DNA of 53,722 bases, filler included, from Sphacelaria rigidula (lineage: Eukaryota), in assembly GCA_964200075.2 (NCBI GenBank). It is 5 parts of 5 records of this genome, joined end to end, with 100 filler letters (N's around TTAATTAATTAA, not from the genome) between each part and the next. Parts side by side here need not be neighbours in the genome. Positions count along the whole stretch, not along the records: positions 43,060 to 53,722 come from CAXNAA020006119.1; 4 more parts are not named here. The stretch is one strand, 5' to 3'. Positions within the stretch are counted from its first letter, which is position 1. Each line of letters starts with the position of its first letter. The notes under the pieces are model-generated. The model did no database searches, was not told where the DNA came from, and saw nothing but the letters and a program-made list of their open reading frames with translations. Of this stretch, positions 49,893-53,722 are shown piece by piece. Both the position numbers and the translations under genes were made by a program.

Positions 49893-50648
49893 GAAGCCTA
49901 GATGCGGCTTCTCTGCTGGGTTTCTGCGAGCGCCCATCCCTAACTGGGCGAAGATCGACGATGACGCCGGCAGGATCCGTTCCGGCCTGCCAGCCTAATC
50001 GATTCCGTACCCAGTGTAATCATCATCAGACAGGAAGTGCCAAGAATATAGAACACTGGTGAGCCTGGTATCCATCGTTTCAATGCAGACCGGCCCCTCA
50101 CCGCCTTGTGAGGATGCGGCTACGGCTGCGACTGTGAGATCTTGCCGTTGTACCAATTAATACATGCTCCAAGTTTCGGCGTCATCATAAGCGAGGCTCG
50201 GATTTCTTGAGGCCTAACCATACAAAACAGCACCTCCATGTTATGAAGAAGAAACAGCACTGGTACGTATCTCGGCTGCTGTAAGCATCAACATCTGCTC
50301 TACCCAGATGAAGAGGCGTGTAGGGCATAGCCACTCCGTTCGCTCTAAACTTGCACAAACACAAGCTAGATTGCAAGCAAGACTCCAACTTGGCTGCGTA
50401 CTCATGTTAGGCTGCTGCGTCCAAATGGTCCAAAAAGAAACATGCCAACGCATTTTAGCGCTAGAACTTCTTGCCTATAGGATTCCTCGTCTACGATATA
50501 GCCATCCTACACGGGACTGTCAGAAGCCGCAGCAGGCCACGGACACTAAAACGGCTTTAAGAGTTGTTTTTCAGGGGTGAAACGAGCATCTGTACCAACG
50601 GAAGGCGGACATTGGCCCTGAAGGGACTGTGGTATTTCAGGAAGTCGA
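49893..50648 (+). CDS. Candidate upstream exons of the Popeye-like gene
   Basis: 49893-50058 (tag / gtgagc, open frame SLDAASLLG...KNIEH) and 50575-50648 (ttttcag / gtgtgt, GETSICTNGRRTLALKGLWYFRKS) are phase-compatible with each other and with exon 51893. No conserved motif. Confidence 0.3.
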
Positions 50649-50649
50649 G

Positions 50650-50677
<28 letters not shown>
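50650..50677. repeat. (TG)n microsatellite
   Basis: GT dinucleotide run. Confidence 0.9.
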
Positions 50678-50681
<4 letters not shown>

Positions 50682-50769
50682 CGCATTTCACGCCAAAATG
50701 AGATGCTGTTCAAGAGGCCGAGGGATGTGCGTCTCTGGACTCGTCGAAAGTTTATGTTGTTGAAGAGGA

Positions 50770-50990
50770 TGTGTGTGTATTGTCGTCCCATCTATTCTGG
50801 ACGCATCAGCCGGGAACACACACACAGGAGGAAGGTCAACACAGGAGATTTCTTTTGATTTCTTTGTTTTTTATACCCCACCTGCTGAGCATGGTGTGAG
50901 AAAAAAACCCAGATCGCTCCGAGGATTGAACCCACGTCCCAATCGCCAAAAAGTTTCGAAGTTACCAACTGAGCAACCGGGGCGCCCGGT
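50770..50990 (-). mobile_element. tRNA-derived SINE (same head as 31806)
   Basis: Minus strand reads CCGGGCGCCCCGGTTGCTCAGTTGGTAAC (A-box) ... GGGACGTGGGTTCAATCC (B-box) ... CTCACACCATGCTCAGC. Confidence 0.7.
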
Positions 50991-51892
50991 GTTGTCGGGG
51001 TTCAAATTCCCAAAGCCCATCCAAATTAGTACTGATGTACTACTTGCACCAACGGAGCGACTTTTTGTTTTGGCGTTTACGCTGAGCAGGTGGAGTTTGT
51101 TATCCGTGACATTGATGCCCACCCCTAGCCCTTGTACCTAAAGTTCTTTGCGGTGCAGAACTATGCACCCGGAAGCCGGGGTAAGCCCTTCGAAATGTCG
51201 TGCATCGCGGCTAAACAAAAGAAACATGTGGTTGGGCACGACAGTCCCAAACCACTATGCACTCGAGGAATAATTTCCGCCGTCTACTGTTGGCAACGCA
51301 ACTGGAGGACAGTCTACCTGTGACTGCTGCCGAGATAGCCCCGTCCCGAACCGGCCAAAAAAATGCACGGAGGCGATGATCATAAACGCCGTTAGAGCTG
51401 GTTTCGTGCTGCACGACGCGACTCATTTGGGCATTAAAGCTGGTTTCGGACTGCTACACGCCTCTCATGTGGGCGAAATCGCTGCAAACGAGCCCAATAG
51501 TGGGATCGCAGCCGGTTTGTCGAGCGGTGTCCGGTGCACTTCTTGTGGGGGGGGGGGGGGGGTGGATCAAGGTTATCGCTGCCTTCGNNNNNNNNNNGGG
51601 GGGGCGCGGGGCGGGTGTGGGGGGGTGCGGCGGGCGCGTCTTGGGGGGGGGGGGGGGGGGGGGCTATCTCGGCATTAGTCCCGTCCGGGTTCACCGCATC
51701 GCACGTTCAGTAGAGTACAGTGCGGTGCACTTAACGTCGCCGACAGCGATCATCGTTGCTACAGCACATACTCCACCGTATGCGACAAAACCCCAAATCG
51801 CTCGTTCGCTATCCAAACCGTTACCTGCCGTTCATTTTTTTAACTAGCTACACAGCGTATTTCCTTGTGACCCACCCGCCCCACCCTGTCAG

Positions 51893-53306
51893 GTATTCAA
51901 CAAGCACAAACGGCGGGAATGCGGCGTCGTCGGGGACGAGGGAGGCGGTAGCGGCGACCGCTGTCGCGGCCGGCGGGATTCAAAACAAGCAACCGCCAGA
52001 GCATATGTCTCCCTTGTGGACAACACCGCGACCTCTTTTCATTTCCGGCAGAAAAATTTGTGCCCTGAGTCTCAGCGAAGTCATGGGTCACCTGTCTTTT
52101 TTGTTCATGGGTCTTGGGTATCTGGAGACGGAACTGCTTCCGCTGAGGGTTTACGCTGCCGCTGGTGAGCACCTAAGAACTATATTTGGTAGTTGGTGTT
52201 CGGTCTCGATATTAGGTGTTCGGTCCCGTGTTTGGTGTCGGCAGGTTCCGGCACGGTATGGTTTTGGCTTTGTTGTATGTGATACAGTCAGTATCACAAC
52301 CGTCGGCTGAATAACCATATTTTTTACACACCTCACCTCAACAAGTAACACTCGCGGGTGAGACATGCGTAGTCGATTGTTTTTGGCACCATAGTGGTTC
52401 CTACCGTACTGTGCCGGGGTACGTTGTATACCGCCTCCTCTATACAGTACCCCCTGGTGATGACGTTTCGGGTCCGAAACGCTGATCACCTGCACGTGTT
52501 CCGGCGTATTACGTACGTACGGCGACCCCCGTTATCGCCCACCGCCCAGGGTGCTAGTTGAACATCCTTTCCATGGTTGACGATAGTTGTTTACGGATGT
52601 AAGACAAGACTTGCCACTCTATTCTGTAGCGTGACAACAGTGGCGGTGATGGTGCCCACAGTACGCGCAGTGCACAAATCCTTCAGCGGGCGCAGTAGGA
52701 TGATATATGGAGGGGAAAACTTGCATTCCCCTCCCTCGACCGTACGGTACAATGCTGCTCGCACGGTTGTTAATCGAAACATTTTATTTTCAAGAAACTC
52801 CTGCGAGTCGTACATGTCCAGCTGGCGTTCATGTACGCCCACAAACGGGTCATCGTTTATAATCTCGCGGAACTATCAGCGCACCAAAATTGAAAACAAG
52901 TCGTACGGACGGTCAAAGGGACAAAGTTATATCTTTTCGGGGATGCCTCCGTTCGGTTCGATCCACCAGCAGGTTATGGTTTCGGTATTCGGTGTTTACG
53001 TGTGTTTGGTGCTACTTTAGTTCTCTTTTCTTGTCTCTATCCGCTTCGGTGATTCCCACTTACCGTGTACCTTGCCACCTCCCTCCCCCCCCCACCCCCC
53101 CCACCCCCTTCACCTCGCCCCTTGTGCTTTTGTAAGGCATTTGTTGCAGCACAGCTTTCCAGTATTATCGGCCCCAACCGCTGTGGATCCCCATATCCTG
53201 GAATGCAATATTTTTGGTGATCAATGGCAGTATGGTGTGTCTGCTCCTCAAGGAGGACCATGACGCCAGGCGACAGGACGAGGAGGCCGCTGCTCTGTAT
53301 GATGAG
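51893..53306 (+). CDS. Popeye/POPDC-like membrane protein (expected cyclic-nucleotide-binding-like domain lies beyond the window); two internal exons
   Basis: Exon 51893-52164 (cag / gtgagc) ends SEVMGHLSFLFMGLGYLETELLPLRVYAAA. Exon 53137-53306 (aag / gtatgg) continues in phase as GICCSTAFQYYRPQPLWIPISWNAIFLVINGSMVCLLLKE...EEAAALYDE. This gives three hydrophobic helices with the LR and WN..F..IN motifs typical of Popeye-family N-termini. Confidence 0.75.
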
Positions 53307-53722
53307 GTATGGGTTAGTTTCCTGGTGCACAATATTTTTATGCTCATGACAGAACGAGCTAGTCGTTCTAATATATCAAATATACCATTATTTTCAGTGT
53401 GCACTGCTCGAAGGTAATGATCAGTACAAATCAAATATACCGATATTTGTGGTAGCGAATTGGTCATTTTGTCATCTTTGCTAGAATATATAGGGCGGAT
53501 ATGACCAATGATCACACTGAAAAGTTAGCTAGCATCACTGCGCGGTTAGGACGAATCATCATGGGTTCGAATCACCAAATCCACGATTTCTTCGTCCTGA
53601 TTGCCCGAAAGGGAGAAAAAAGTCGACCGCTGGTCCAAGGGGTATCCACGCAACTTTTGCGCTAATCCACGTGTCTGTGCTGCGTGTACCTGAGTTGCAC
53701 CGCTGAAAACAAAGCCTAGGGA

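Noticed and set aside
53555..53580. B-box-like GGTTCGAATC
   Set aside because: No matching A-box or tRNA fold; at most a SINE fragment.

Overview
Eukaryotic, intron-rich and repeat-dense DNA; splice signals, GC content and repeat style suggest a brown alga (Ectocarpus-like), which is an inference. The window is not one locus. It is five unplaced scaffolds of nearly equal, descending length (10666, 10665, 10664, 10664, 10663 bp) joined by artificial 100-nt N/TTAATTAATTAA/N linkers. Recognisable host genes are a six-exon Tubby C-terminal-domain gene (14160-18632, +) and the membrane-domain exons of a Popeye/POPDC-like protein (51893-53306, +, running off the end); a small two-exon gene (33818-34428, -) is possible. 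Mobile DNA includes a decayed Copia pol with a 122-bp palindromic LTR inside a Tubby intron, and a decayed Gypsy 3' half whose integrase ends in chromodomain-like plus Tudor-like modules, followed by a 1.29-kb LTR. There are also a probable P-element-like transposase relic, many TTAA-flanked piggyBac-type MITEs in tandem strings, hAT-like MITEs carrying a ~43-bp minisatellite, foldback elements, tRNA-derived SINEs and an inverted triplication of an exon. No prokaryotic system, CRISPR array, rRNA or intact tRNA was found. All family assignments come from motif recognition by eye, not from database searches.
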